From the NCBI GenBank assembly GCA_001803235.1, contig MHBL01000443.1, forward strand, positions 4,533-68,532: DNA of 64,000 nt, read 5' to 3'. Position numbers and translations under genes: made by a program. This DNA is from Lentisphaerae bacterium RIFOXYA12_64_32. Its GTDB lineage: Bacteria > Verrucomicrobiota > Lentisphaeria > Oligosphaerales > YB12-FULL-65-16. The notes under the pieces were generated by a model that saw nothing but the letters and a program-made list of their open reading frames with translations, had not been told where the DNA came from and ran no database searches. This document shows, one piece after another, positions 27,133-36,657 of the stretch (the stretch's first letter is position 1; the number at the start of each line of letters is the position of its first letter).

Positions 27133-29796
27133 GTGCCTTTGCCGAGGGGAACACGAGGTGATGCGCGGCGGGAGTCGTCGGACGCGCCGCGACACGAGGA
27201 CTGCTGGGCCAAGACCACGCCCGGCGGAAGGCCGGGCATCTCCGTCTCGCAGCACTGCCGTACAGCGGGCACGATTGCCAGGCTGCTGGTCGGATCGTTG
27301 CCCGGATCGCTTCGCGCTGCCATGCGGGCGGACGCCGCAATCTCCCTGGCAGCCCTGCATGACGTGGGGAAAGTCTGCCCAGGGTTCCAAGCCAAGTGCG
27401 CGGAGTGGCTGAGCCGGCAGGGGCTCGAGGACACGGCAGTCCACTGGCACGGCGTCGAACCCGACCACGCCAAGGTCAGCCAGAAAACGCTGCAGGGCAT
27501 TATCGGCGACCACTCACCGTTGCGCTATTGGGCTGCCATTGTCGGCGCGCACCACGGCCGGCTGAAAGGGGACCGGCTTCTGCCCTTGCGCGACGGCGGC
27601 GATGCATGGGGCGCACAGCGGCGGCGCCTTGTGGAGGAAATGCTCCGCGACTTCGGACCGCTCCCCGACGAACCGCCGCCCACGCCGGACTGTGGGCCGC
27701 TGTGGTTCGTCGCCGGGCTTGTCGCGGTCGCCGATTGGCTCGCGTCCGACGAGCGCACCTTCCCACCGTCCAAAGACCTTGCGTCCGACGAGATTGCGAC
27801 CAGGGTAACGGCCCAACTCGCTCGGCTCGGCTTTGCCGCGCCGCCGACGGTTCCGCCGGACCTCGCTTTCGCCGACCTGTTCCCGGACACCCCGACCCCG
27901 AATTCCCTGCAGCAGGCAATGGCGCGGGCCGCGATACGTCCGGGTGTGTACGTCGTCGAAGGCCCAATGGGCTGCGGCAAGACCGAGGCGGCACTCACGG
28001 CCGCGTACCGCCTTCTCAGCACCGGCCAGGCCACCGGACTGTACTTCGCGTTGCCGACGCGGACGACGAGCAACCGCATTCACCGGCGCGTCAGCGCATT
28101 CCTCGACCGGTTGGGAGGTCATGGGCGTGCCGTGCGTCTTGTCCACGGCACGTCCTGGTTGCTCGACGACGCACCGGCGGTCGACGGTATCGAGCACGGC
28201 GAAGCGAGCCAGGGGGAGGCACGCTACGCCGGCCGCGATTGGTTCGCGTCGCCGCGTCGCGCGCTCCTCGCGCCGTTCGGCGTCGGCACGGTGGACCAGG
28301 CCTTACTCGGGGTCGTAGCCGCCAAGCACTTCTTCGTGCGCCAGTTCGGCTTGGCCGGCAAAGTCGTCGTGCTGGACGAGATCCATTCCTACGACCTCTA
28401 CACCGGGACGCTGATCGACCAACTGGTCCGGCGTCTGCGCGAACTCCAGGCTACGGTCATCGTCCTCTCCGCCACGCTCACGGCCCGGCGTCGCCGCGAA
28501 CTGCTCGGGCTCGCGGACTCCGCAACCGTCGAGCCGCCCTGCTCCGAATACCCGCTCTTGTCCGCCGTACGCGATGGGGACGGCACGGCCGGTCCGTTTC
28601 AGATCGCACCGGCAGCGCCTCCGCCCAAGCGCATCAATGTCAGCATGCGCCCCGAGTCCGAACTCGCGGATGCCTGTCTCGCCCGCGCCGAACGTGGGGC
28701 GTGTGTGCTCTGGATCCGGAACACGGTCGACGACGCCCAGGCAACCTACCGGACTCTGTGTGCGCTGAACCGGTGCGACGGGCCCGAACTCGGACTGTTG
28801 CACGCGCGGTTCCCGCAGTTCCGCCGCGACCAACTCGAAGACGACTGGATGGAGCGGCTCGGGCGTGACGGCGCCCGACGTCCGGCACGCGGTTGCGTTC
28901 TGGTGTCGACCCAGGTCGCCGAACAGAGTGTGGACATCGATGCCGACCTGCTCATTACGGATGTGGCGCCCACCGACATGCTGCTCCAACGCCTTGGCCG
29001 GCTCTGGCGGCACGAACGAACGCGCCCTGCTGAGTGCGCAGCGCCCGAGATCTGGATCTCGGCGCCCGCGTTGGCCGCGTGCGAACTCCGCACGGCTGGG
29101 ATCACGGAGATCAAGGCTGCGTTCGGCAAGAGCGCCAAGGTCTACGCGCCCTACGTCCTCGTGCGCACGTTCGACCTGTGGCGCGAGCGTACGGTGGTGA
29201 CTTTGCCGGGAGATATTCGGCCTCTGCTCGAAGCCACCTATGCCGAGCTGCCGGACGAGCCGGTGGCTTGGTGCGAACTGCGTGAGGCCATGGAAGAGCG
29301 CAAGAAGAAGCTGGCGAGTGCGGCCATCAATGCCACCGCCATGTGGGCTAACCCGGCACTCGACGACGAGGAAGGCGTCCAGACCCGCTGGGGCGACCGC
29401 CCCAGCGGGATGGTCCTGCCCCTGCCGCGGCTGCTCGCGTGGGACGGCAAGAATGGGGCGCGGTTCGAACTGCTCAGCGGCGAGACGTGCGACGTCCGTA
29501 CCGGCAAGTTCTCGTTTGCCGCCGCCAAGGCCATTCATCGCAACCTGGTCCGTGTGCCGCTCTGGACCGTCAAGCCGTTCCTCGACGCCGCTCCGGCCTG
29601 GCTGCGCGAGTACGTGACGGAGCTGGCGGTGCCCGTCAAGGTCCAGGACGGCAAGCTGCTGACCATCCCGGGTGGCGAAGATACGGGGCTGGAGTACCGA
29701 CCCAACGTTGGCGTGGTGATCCGTCCCAAACCGCGTTTCGATCGTCCGGCGGGACGCTTGCGCGAAGAGGAGGACGACGATGAATCTTACGACTGA
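27133..29796 (+). CDS. cas3: CRISPR-associated HD nuclease/helicase Cas3 (type I-E)
   Basis: WAKT, LHDVGK and GAHHG HD-domain motifs. GPMGCGKTEAA, DEIH, SAT, STQVAEQSVDID and QRLGRLWRH helicase motifs. Confidence 0.95.
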   Translation: MPLPRGTRGDARRESSDAPRHEDCWAKTTPGGRPGISVSQHCRTAGTIARLLVGSLPGSLRAAMRADAAISLAALHDVGKVCPGFQAKCAEWLSRQGLEDTAVHWHGVEPDHAKVSQKTLQGIIGDHSPLRYWAAIVGAHHGRLKGDRLLPLRDGGDAWGAQRRRLVEEMLRDFGPLPDEPPPTPDCGPLWFVAGLVAVADWLASDERTFPPSKDLASDEIATRVTAQLARLGFAAPPTVPPDLAFADLFPDTPTPNSLQQAMARAAIRPGVYVVEGPMGCGKTEAALTAAYRLLSTGQATGLYFALPTRTTSNRIHRRVSAFLDRLGGHGRAVRLVHGTSWLLDDAPAVDGIEHGEASQGEARYAGRDWFASPRRALLAPFGVGTVDQALLGVVAAKHFFVRQFGLAGKVVVLDEIHSYDLYTGTLIDQLVRRLRELQATVIVLSATLTARRRRELLGLADSATVEPPCSEYPLLSAVRDGDGTAGPFQIAPAAPPPKRINVSMRPESELADACLARAERGACVLWIRNTVDDAQATYRTLCALNRCDGPELGLLHARFPQFRRDQLEDDWMERLGRDGARRPARGCVLVSTQVAEQSVDIDADLLITDVAPTDMLLQRLGRLWRHERTRPAECAAPEIWISAPALAACELRTAGITEIKAAFGKSAKVYAPYVLVRTFDLWRERTVVTLPGDIRPLLEATYAELPDEPVAWCELREAMEERKKKLASAAINATAMWANPALDDEEGVQTRWGDRPSGMVLPLPRLLAWDGKNGARFELLSGETCDVRTGKFSFAAAKAIHRNLVRVPLWTVKPFLDAAPAWLREYVTELAVPVKVQDGKLLTIPGGEDTGLEYRPNVGVVIRPKPRFDRPAGRLREEEDDDESYD

Positions 29797-31339
29797 TCCC
29801 TGGATTCCCATCATCTGGGAGAGCGGCGCGCCTGACAAAGTGAGCCTGCGCGACGCGTTCCTGCGCGGCCACGAGATCCGCGACCTCGCCGTGCGCCCGC
29901 ACGAACGCATCGCCCTGATGCGCCTGCTCATCTGCGTGGCCCAGGCCGCACTCGACGGCCCGAAAGACCACGCCGAATGGCAAACCTGCCACGAACGACT
30001 ACCCCAAGTCGCCGCCGACTACCTCGGTCAATGGCGCCATGCCTTCGAACTGTTCGGTGACGGACAGAGGTTCCTGCAGGTGACGGACGTCAGATCCATC
30101 AGCGCAAGGGGTGACGACCAAGGGGGCGATGTAGCCAAGCTTGACCTCGATTTGGCGGCAGGCAATATGCCGACCCTGTTCGACAACGCGGCGGGTGGGA
30201 CCCGAGCGTTCGGGCCGGATCGCATCGCCCTGACCTTGCTCACGTTTCAGAGTTTTTCGCCGGGTGGCCTGATCGGCAACGTGGCGTGGGCGGGCAACGC
30301 CATGGGGCGCAGCAGCAATCACGCCCCTTGCATCGTCAAGTCGATGGTTCACACCTATCGCAAGGGCGGAGACCTGCAGGAGACTGTGCATGGCAACCTT
30401 CTCCACAAGGAACAACTGGCGCGGGCCGGCGTTGTTTGGGGATTGCCCGTGTGGGTGCGTCCCCCCGTGAGCATCGACGATGCGAGCGCCGTTCAGAATG
30501 CCTGTGCAACGTACCTTGGCCGCCTCGTGCCGCTGGCGCGCGCCGTGTGTCTGGAATCCGGCGGGACGCGCATGGTGATGGGCAATGCCCTGACTTACAG
30601 TCCCGACTGGCGCGAACCGGCCGCCACGGTCGTGGTTCGTGACCGCGACGGCGTTCCAGAACGCGTCCTCGTTAGCGGGTCCCTTGAGAAGAGCATTTGG
30701 CGTGAGCTTCACTCCATTGCCACGCTCTCGACGTTCGCCAAGGACGGTCTGGGCGGGCCGTGGACCCTGGCGAACGGAGACGCGGTGGAGCGGGGATGTG
30801 ACATCTGGGTTGGGGCGTTGGCGGCGAACAAGTCCAAGCTCCTTGACACTATCGAGTCGGTGTTCCACCTCCCGGCTCCGATCTTCGCGGATGTTGGTCA
30901 ACGGCTCTACCAAAACGGGATTCAGCAAGCCGAACAAGGGGCATCGCGTCTTCGCAGGGCGGTCTCCGCCTATCACCGCGAGTACAAAGACGACTTGGAC
31001 CGGTTCGAGTTTCGGAAGCGCGGAAACCTCGTCAAGCAGAAGGCCACCACGCACTATTGGACCGCCGTGGAGCAGCACGTCTCCGACCTTTTGGTCATCG
31101 TCGAGAACCCCGCCCTGCTCGGGCCGGACCTGGCGCATCCGACCTGGGGCACGACCGAGTGGGGGCAGGGCATCTTTCGTGCCGTGCGCGCCGCCTATGA
31201 CCTGGCCTGCCCGCACCAGACCCCGCGCCAGATGAAGGCCCACGCGCTGGGTTTGCGCGCACTGTTTGCGAAGTCCGCAAGTCACGCTGAGGCCGATGCC
31301 AACACTGACACCAAGGCCGATACCGATACCGACCAATAA
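29780..31339 (+). CDS. cas8e: Cascade large subunit Cas8e (CasA/Cse1)
   Basis: MNLTTDPWIP start and FELFGDGQRFLQ. Overlaps the cas3 end. Confidence 0.9.
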   Translation: MNLTTDPWIPIIWESGAPDKVSLRDAFLRGHEIRDLAVRPHERIALMRLLICVAQAALDGPKDHAEWQTCHERLPQVAADYLGQWRHAFELFGDGQRFLQVTDVRSISARGDDQGGDVAKLDLDLAAGNMPTLFDNAAGGTRAFGPDRIALTLLTFQSFSPGGLIGNVAWAGNAMGRSSNHAPCIVKSMVHTYRKGGDLQETVHGNLLHKEQLARAGVVWGLPVWVRPPVSIDDASAVQNACATYLGRLVPLARAVCLESGGTRMVMGNALTYSPDWREPAATVVVRDRDGVPERVLVSGSLEKSIWRELHSIATLSTFAKDGLGGPWTLANGDAVERGCDIWVGALAANKSKLLDTIESVFHLPAPIFADVGQRLYQNGIQQAEQGASRLRRAVSAYHREYKDDLDRFEFRKRGNLVKQKATTHYWTAVEQHVSDLLVIVENPALLGPDLAHPTWGTTEWGQGIFRAVRAAYDLACPHQTPRQMKAHALGLRALFAKSASHAEADANTDTKADTDTDQ

Positions 31340-31356
31340 ACTTGGAGGGATAAACC

Positions 31357-31929
31357 ATGTCTCAAGCCCGCCCGCCCCTTGAGAATGCCACGCGCTTCAT
31401 CGCCTTCCTGCAGCAGCGCTATAGGGGCGACCGTGGCGCGCTGGCCAACCTGCGCGCCGCGCTGAGCGAGACGCGCCGGTATCGCGCCTGGCCGTTGCTC
31501 GGCGGCTTCCACGGCGCCATCGGCAATCCCGCCTTCGAAACCGTGGCGGCGCTGTGGGCCGCCGACGCGGACAGCCACGCCTCGGACTCGGCGGATCTGG
31601 GCGACGCGTTGAGAAAGCTCAGCGGCGAGCACAACTCCTTTGACGGTCGCTTTCGCCGGTTGCTGACCTGCGACCGCGACGAGATCGCTGAACGTGTCGC
31701 GCCCGTGGTGCGTGCCGCACAGGCCAAGGGTGTGCCGGTCAACTACGCGCGGCTGCTCTCGGACCTGCTCTGCTGGAGCGACGACGCGAAGCTGCGCTGG
31801 GCCAAGTCGTTCTGGGGCGCGCCGGAGGACGAAGCGGCGCTTGCCGCCGGCCTGCTCGACAGCGACGGCGCGGCGCCGACGTGCGAGTCCGCGCCTCAGG
31901 GCGCGGTCGCCGCGGAGGTCGCATCATGA
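31357..31929 (+). CDS. cas11: Cascade small subunit Cas11 (CasB/Cse2)
   Basis: DRGALANLRAAL, RFRRLL and VNYARLLSDLLCW...RWAKSFW. Confidence 0.9.
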   Translation: MSQARPPLENATRFIAFLQQRYRGDRGALANLRAALSETRRYRAWPLLGGFHGAIGNPAFETVAALWAADADSHASDSADLGDALRKLSGEHNSFDGRFRRLLTCDRDEIAERVAPVVRAAQAKGVPVNYARLLSDLLCWSDDAKLRWAKSFWGAPEDEAALAAGLLDSDGAAPTCESAPQGAVAAEVAS

Positions 31930-32555
31930 GCTACCTCACCCAAGCCCTCATCGACTTCGAGACCGCGGCGCGGCTGAAGCTCCACGACGGCTACGCTTGG
32001 CACCAACTCGTCTGGAGCGCCTTTCCCCAGCGCGACGGCGCGCCCCGCGACTTCCTCACGCGTCTCGACCGGCGTGAGCGAGACCGCGACTTCCGCTTGC
32101 TTATCCTCTCTCCACGCCCGCCCCAGTGTCCCGACGCGTGGCCGACGGACCGGCCCGACGCCTGGCAGACACGCGAGATCGTCCCGGCGTTCTTCGCGCA
32201 TCGCCGGTACCGGTTCCAACTCCGCGCCAATCCGACCAGACGCGACAGCGCTACCCGCAAGCGCCTACCCCTGCGCACGGACGACGAACTGCGCGCATGG
32301 CTCGACCGCAAGGCCGCCTCCGGCGGCTTCGCGGTCGATGCGGAGACGCTGCGGATCATGCAGGAGGGGCGCGAGTGGTTTCGTATCGAGAAACGCGGCA
32401 CGTCCGGGTTCCACCACGCGGTCGAGTTCGACGGCATGCTGACAGTGACCGATCGTGCGGAATTCGCGGTGGCCCTGGCCCGCGGTATAGGTTCGGCCAA
32501 GGCGTTCGGGTTCGGTCTGCTCGCTCTTGCGCCGGTAGCGGACGAAACGCAGTGA
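31926..32555 (+). CDS. cas6e: crRNA-processing endoribonuclease Cas6e (CasE/Cse3)
   Basis: YAWHQLVWSAFP, YRFQLRANPT and G-loop GIGSAKAFGFGLL. ATGA coupling to cas11. Confidence 0.93.
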   Translation: MSYLTQALIDFETAARLKLHDGYAWHQLVWSAFPQRDGAPRDFLTRLDRRERDRDFRLLILSPRPPQCPDAWPTDRPDAWQTREIVPAFFAHRRYRFQLRANPTRRDSATRKRLPLRTDDELRAWLDRKAASGGFAVDAETLRIMQEGREWFRIEKRGTSGFHHAVEFDGMLTVTDRAEFAVALARGIGSAKAFGFGLLALAPVADETQ

Positions 32556-32614
32556 AACGTCCGGCACCCGGACGCGCAACAAGTTTCACCGTCACATCGC
32601 TCGGAGTCGCGTGT

Positions 32615-33523
32615 ATGGATATCGCCAACGAACGGAAACTCGCAGCCCGAGCCAAGGCGCTCGGCGAGAGTGCCAACGCGGATACCTTCCCCGAACTGGC
32701 TGAGATGACCCGGTCCGCGTCGCCGCTGGTCCGGCGGCTGGCGGCCTCCGCGCTGGGCAAACTCGCGGGGATCGTGGACTCCGCAGCGTCAGTCGACTTG
32801 CTGCGTCCACTGTTGGGAGATGAACACCCACAGGTACGCCAGTACGCGGCCAAGGCGCTCGGGGCGTTCGGCGTGGCGGCGGAGAACGCGCTGCCCGACC
32901 TGCGCGACATGTACCGGAACCCGACCGAGAAAGACTACGTGAAGCGCAGCGTGGTGACGGCCGGCAAAACGATCCGCGAAGCGTTGCGCATCGCCGAGCA
33001 GCAGGCGGTCCACGTCTGCCGCAAGTGTGGCCAATCGGTGGCCCCGGACGAATACGCGCGGTCGCAGAAGGCCTTCCAGCGCACCTACTGCGACGTGTGC
33101 TTCGACACGGTGTTCCTCGATCGCCGCAACTGGGAGACGCAGGTCGAACTGAACAAAACGGTGCAGGCAGCGAACGGCACCGTAGTGCAGTCCGAGGGCG
33201 AACGCATCATTGCCGAGGAACTGGCGGCGTTGGGGCTGATGTTCCGCTACGACAATCGGTTCCGCATCATCAAGGGTTACGCCATCCGCCCCGACTTCTA
33301 CCTGCCCGAGTTCGACCTGTACATTGAGTATTGGGGTATGGAAGAGAACCTCGACTACCGGATCGGCATGCTCGAGAAGAAGAAGAAGCTTTACCAGCAG
33401 GCGGGCAAGCGCCTGGTGTCGCTGCATGCCGACGAGAAGCCGCGCCTGCGCGAAGCCTTGCGCGAGAAGCTCGCGCGGTACATGCACGTGCCGACCGGTG
33501 CGGGGCAGGGGACTGGGCCGTAG
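32615..33523 (+). CDS. Non-Cas gene inside the Cascade operon: HEAT repeats + CxxC-CxxC Zn finger + putative PD-(D/E)xK (Vsr/DUF559-like) nuclease
   Basis: VRRLAASALGKL and DEHPQVRQYAAKALG (HEAT/PBS repeats), CRKC...YCDVCF, and QSEGERIIA...IRPDFYLPEFDLYIEYWG...KKKLY. GGAG RBS before ATG 32615. Confidence 0.75.
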   Translation: MDIANERKLAARAKALGESANADTFPELAEMTRSASPLVRRLAASALGKLAGIVDSAASVDLLRPLLGDEHPQVRQYAAKALGAFGVAAENALPDLRDMYRNPTEKDYVKRSVVTAGKTIREALRIAEQQAVHVCRKCGQSVAPDEYARSQKAFQRTYCDVCFDTVFLDRRNWETQVELNKTVQAANGTVVQSEGERIIAEELAALGLMFRYDNRFRIIKGYAIRPDFYLPEFDLYIEYWGMEENLDYRIGMLEKKKKLYQQAGKRLVSLHADEKPRLREALREKLARYMHVPTGAGQGTGP

Positions 33524-33589
33524 GATGAGTTCACTCCACAATCGTTTCGTCTCGCCATAGATAGAGGACCAACGCAGAAAGGACGTCCC

Positions 33590-34732
33590 ATGAAACTGAT
33601 CGAACTCCACATCCTCCAATCGTTCCCCGTGTCGTGTCTGAACCGCGACGACGTCGGTGCGCCAAAGACCGCCATCTTCGGCGGCTGCACCCGGGCGCGC
33701 ATTTCGAGCCAGTGCCTCAAGCGCGCCGTGCGCGAGATGGCGCACGACCTGGCCCCCGCGCATTTCGCGGCCAACCGCAGCCGCTTGATCATCCGGCCGC
33801 TGGCCGACGCGATGAAGAATCGGGGCGTGGAGGAAGGCAGGGCGCTGGAGGCGGCCAAGGCGATCGGTGAGTACCTGGCCACGTACGATGCAGAGAAGGA
33901 AAAGGACGGTGCGCTCCAAGTCAAGACGCTGATGTTCCTGTCACCCGCGGAGATCGAGGAGATAGCGGCCAAGGTGGCTGCCGGGCTCGCTTCCGCGCCG
34001 CCGGACGCGCCGCCGGCTGCCGAAGAGGGCAAGGGACGGAAGGGAAAGAAGAAAGATGGCGGAACTGCCTTGGCCGACATGGTCAAGAAGGCATGCAAGG
34101 AGGCGACGAAAGCCGTCCAACTCAAGGACGCTGCCGACGTCGCCATCTTTGGCCGCATGGTCGCCAGCGACCACACACTCACGGTCGAGGGGGCCGGCAT
34201 GTTCAGTCACGCCCTCTCGACGCACAAGGCGGAGAATGACGTGGACTTCTTCTCCGCGGTCGATGACCTCAAGCCGAAGGACGCCGATGATGCCGGCGCC
34301 GGCATGACCGGCACGCTCGAGTTCACCTCCGCCTGCTACTACCGCTACGCGGCGCTGAACCTGGATCTGCTCGCGGACAAGGACCACCTGGCCGCGCTCT
34401 CGCCTGACGAGCGCAAGGCCGTTGTCAACGCGTTTGTCCGCGCCACGCTGCTCGCAGTGCCCGGCGCGCGCCGGAACTCGATGAACGCCAACACCCTGCC
34501 CGTCTACGTGCTGGGCATCGTTAAGAACCACGGGCAGCCGATCCAGTTGGTCAATGCCTTCGAGAAACCCGTGTGGTCGAAGGACGGGCTTGCGGTCAAG
34601 GCCACGGAGGCCATGAAAGCCCATCACGTGGCAATGAAGAAGACCTGGGATGTCGCGACGGCCGAGGAGATCGCCATTCCCGATGTGAGTCTGAACGAGT
34701 TCTGCACGAGGATCGTTGCCCATGTCGACTGA
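33590..34732 (+). CDS. cas7: Cascade backbone Cas7 (CasC/Cse4)
   Basis: IELHILQSFPVSCLNRDDVGAPKTAIFGGCTRARISSQCLKR, VAIFGRMVA, DFFSAVDD and CYYRYA. Confidence 0.96.
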   Translation: MKLIELHILQSFPVSCLNRDDVGAPKTAIFGGCTRARISSQCLKRAVREMAHDLAPAHFAANRSRLIIRPLADAMKNRGVEEGRALEAAKAIGEYLATYDAEKEKDGALQVKTLMFLSPAEIEEIAAKVAAGLASAPPDAPPAAEEGKGRKGKKKDGGTALADMVKKACKEATKAVQLKDAADVAIFGRMVASDHTLTVEGAGMFSHALSTHKAENDVDFFSAVDDLKPKDADDAGAGMTGTLEFTSACYYRYAALNLDLLADKDHLAALSPDERKAVVNAFVRATLLAVPGARRNSMNANTLPVYVLGIVKNHGQPIQLVNAFEKPVWSKDGLAVKATEAMKAHHVAMKKTWDVATAEEIAIPDVSLNEFCTRIVAHVD

Positions 34733-35426
34733 ACACGTCTACCTCGCACTGATGCTTGACGCGCCGCTGATGAGCTTCGGGCATTCGAGCCGGTTCCAGC
34801 GCCGCACCACCGCGCTGCATCCGACGCGCAGCGGTATTCTCGGCATGATCTGTGCCGCGCTCGGCGCCGCCAAAGGCTCAAGCGTCGAGAGCGAGTGGTT
34901 GGCGCGCCTCGACGGCGCGCGCCTGACCGTCCTGGCCATTCCGCGCCGGCCGGACGGGGCCCGTGAACCGCTGCCGATCCGGCGGCTTGATGACTATCAC
35001 ACCGTCGAGGGCACGCGCAATGCGGAGAACAAGATCAAGAAGGACGCGGTGCTCAGTCACCGCCAATACCTCCTCGATGCGCGGTTCGGCGCGATCATGG
35101 AAGGGCCGCGCGCCGTACTCGAACCGGTTGCCGACGCACTGCGGAATCCGCACTGGGGCATTTGGTTCGGACGCAAGTGCTGCATCCCCGCCGCACCGGT
35201 GTTTCGCAAGCTGGCGGCGACCTTCGACGAGGCCATGGCAACCCTCGACTTGGCCAGCCGCGACCTGGCGGAGTTTGCCGTCGTGACCGAGGCGCCGAGC
35301 TTTGACGAAGGCACGGATACGCTCATGGACGCGCCCGTCTCGTTCGCGACCCGCGAATTCAAACCGCGCCGGATCTGCCAGACGCCGCCCGTCGTGCCGC
35401 CCGGTGAACGGCGCGTCACGGCGTAG
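34722..35426 (+). CDS. cas5: Cas5e (CasD)
   Basis: LDAPLMSFG...PTRSGILGMICAALG, DYHTV, RQYLLDARF and WFGRKCC. Confidence 0.94.
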   Translation: MSTEHVYLALMLDAPLMSFGHSSRFQRRTTALHPTRSGILGMICAALGAAKGSSVESEWLARLDGARLTVLAIPRRPDGAREPLPIRRLDDYHTVEGTRNAENKIKKDAVLSHRQYLLDARFGAIMEGPRAVLEPVADALRNPHWGIWFGRKCCIPAAPVFRKLAATFDEAMATLDLASRDLAEFAVVTEAPSFDEGTDTLMDAPVSFATREFKPRRICQTPPVVPPGERRVTA

Positions 35427-35469
35427 CGTCTGCGCGGTCCCGGACTGGAGACAAGGAGGCGTTGAAGTT

Positions 35470-36303
35470 ATGCCCGTCTTCGAGAAACCGCCATTGGAGA
35501 CGTTGACACCGGTTTCCGAGCGCTGGACACCGTTGTACCTCGAGCACGGCCGGCTCGAGGTCGACGATTCAAGCGTGAAATGGATCGGCGCCGACCGCAC
35601 CGTGCTGCGTATCCCCGTGGCAACCGTCAGCGCGCTCATGCTCGGCCCGGGCACGACGGTGACGCATGCCGCCATCCGTGCCTGCGCCGTGTCGAACACG
35701 CCCGTCTGCTGGATCGGCGAGGAAGGCATGCATTTCTACGCCTTTGGCGCCACGCCGACACACGACAACGAGCGCGCCCGCCGTCACGCCGAGGCGTACG
35801 CGAACCCCAAACGTCGTGCGGAGATCGCACGGCGCATGTTCGGAAAGCGTTTTCCCGATTGCGACGTGAGCCAGACGCACATCGAGGACCTGCGGCTCCT
35901 CGAAGGGAGGCGTGTTCGAATTCTTTACCAGCGCCTGGGTGCGGAGTACGGCGTGACCTGGATGGGCCGTAACTACAACCCCAACAACTGGGACGTGGCC
36001 GACGAGATCAACCGTGCGGTTTCCGCGGCCAACGCCGCCCTCTACTCGCTTTGCACCGCCGTGGTCTGCGCACTGGGATATCTGCCGGAACTTGGCTTCA
36101 TCCACGCGGCCGCGGCACGCTCCTTTGTGCTCGACGTGGCCGATATGTACAAACCCGAGACCAGCTTGCCGGCCGCGTTCCATGCCGTGAGCCTGAACCC
36201 GAAGAACGCCGGCGCCGACACGATGCGGTTGCTGAAACTGCGCATCGAGGAGACGAAACTCCTGCAGCGGATGCCTCGCGACATCGAGGAGTTGTTCGCA
36301 TGA
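35470..36303 (+). CDS. cas1: Cas1 (type I-E)
   Basis: LYLEHGRL, LMLGPGTTVTHAA, EGRRVR and LGFIH...FVLDVADMYK. Confidence 0.95.
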   Translation: MPVFEKPPLETLTPVSERWTPLYLEHGRLEVDDSSVKWIGADRTVLRIPVATVSALMLGPGTTVTHAAIRACAVSNTPVCWIGEEGMHFYAFGATPTHDNERARRHAEAYANPKRRAEIARRMFGKRFPDCDVSQTHIEDLRLLEGRRVRILYQRLGAEYGVTWMGRNYNPNNWDVADEINRAVSAANAALYSLCTAVVCALGYLPELGFIHAAAARSFVLDVADMYKPETSLPAAFHAVSLNPKNAGADTMRLLKLRIEETKLLQRMPRDIEELFA

Positions 36304-36647
36304 CCGTGCTCGTCGCCAATGATACGCCGCCCGCCATCCGCGGCCTGCTCAAACGCTGGTTCGTCGAACCCAAACCGAATGTCTTCGTTGGGACCGTGAA
36401 CCGGCGCACCCGCGACAAGACCCTCGAGTACATTCGCCGTAACGCACCGGATATGGGCTTGCTCATGATCGCCACCAGCAAGAACTGCCAGGGCTTTGAA
36501 ATGCAGAGCTGGGGCGAAACCGACCGGCGCATCGTTGAGTTCGAGGGCCTGCAGTTGATCGCCGAAACCTGGGACGGGAGTGCGGAAGATCCCGCCGGGC
36601 AGGCCGATGGTGCGGATGCTGCCGACGAGGAGGATCCGCCATTCTGA
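36300..36647 (+). CDS. cas2: Cas2 (type I-E) with an acidic tail
   Basis: PPAIRGLLKRWFVEPKPNVFVG...QGF...RIVEFEGLQL. Confidence 0.93.
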   Translation: MTVLVANDTPPAIRGLLKRWFVEPKPNVFVGTVNRRTRDKTLEYIRRNAPDMGLLMIATSKNCQGFEMQSWGETDRRIVEFEGLQLIAETWDGSAEDPAGQADGADAADEEDPPF

Positions 36648-36657
36648 GGACATTGCC

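Noticed and set aside
32556-32614. Possible CreA/CreR-like mini-array in cas intergenic gaps (also 33524-33589, 35427-35469, 26984-27132)
   Set aside because: Only a small CGTCCGG/CCGGACG hairpin was seen, with no resemblance to the CRISPR repeat or its 5' handle. A very degenerate copy cannot be excluded by eye.
32126-32614. N-terminal 163-aa extension of the HEAT-nuclease ORF
   Set aside because: It overlaps cas6e in another frame and is Arg/Pro-rich shadow sequence. The RBS supports ATG 32615, and cas6e has its own stop, so this is not a fusion.
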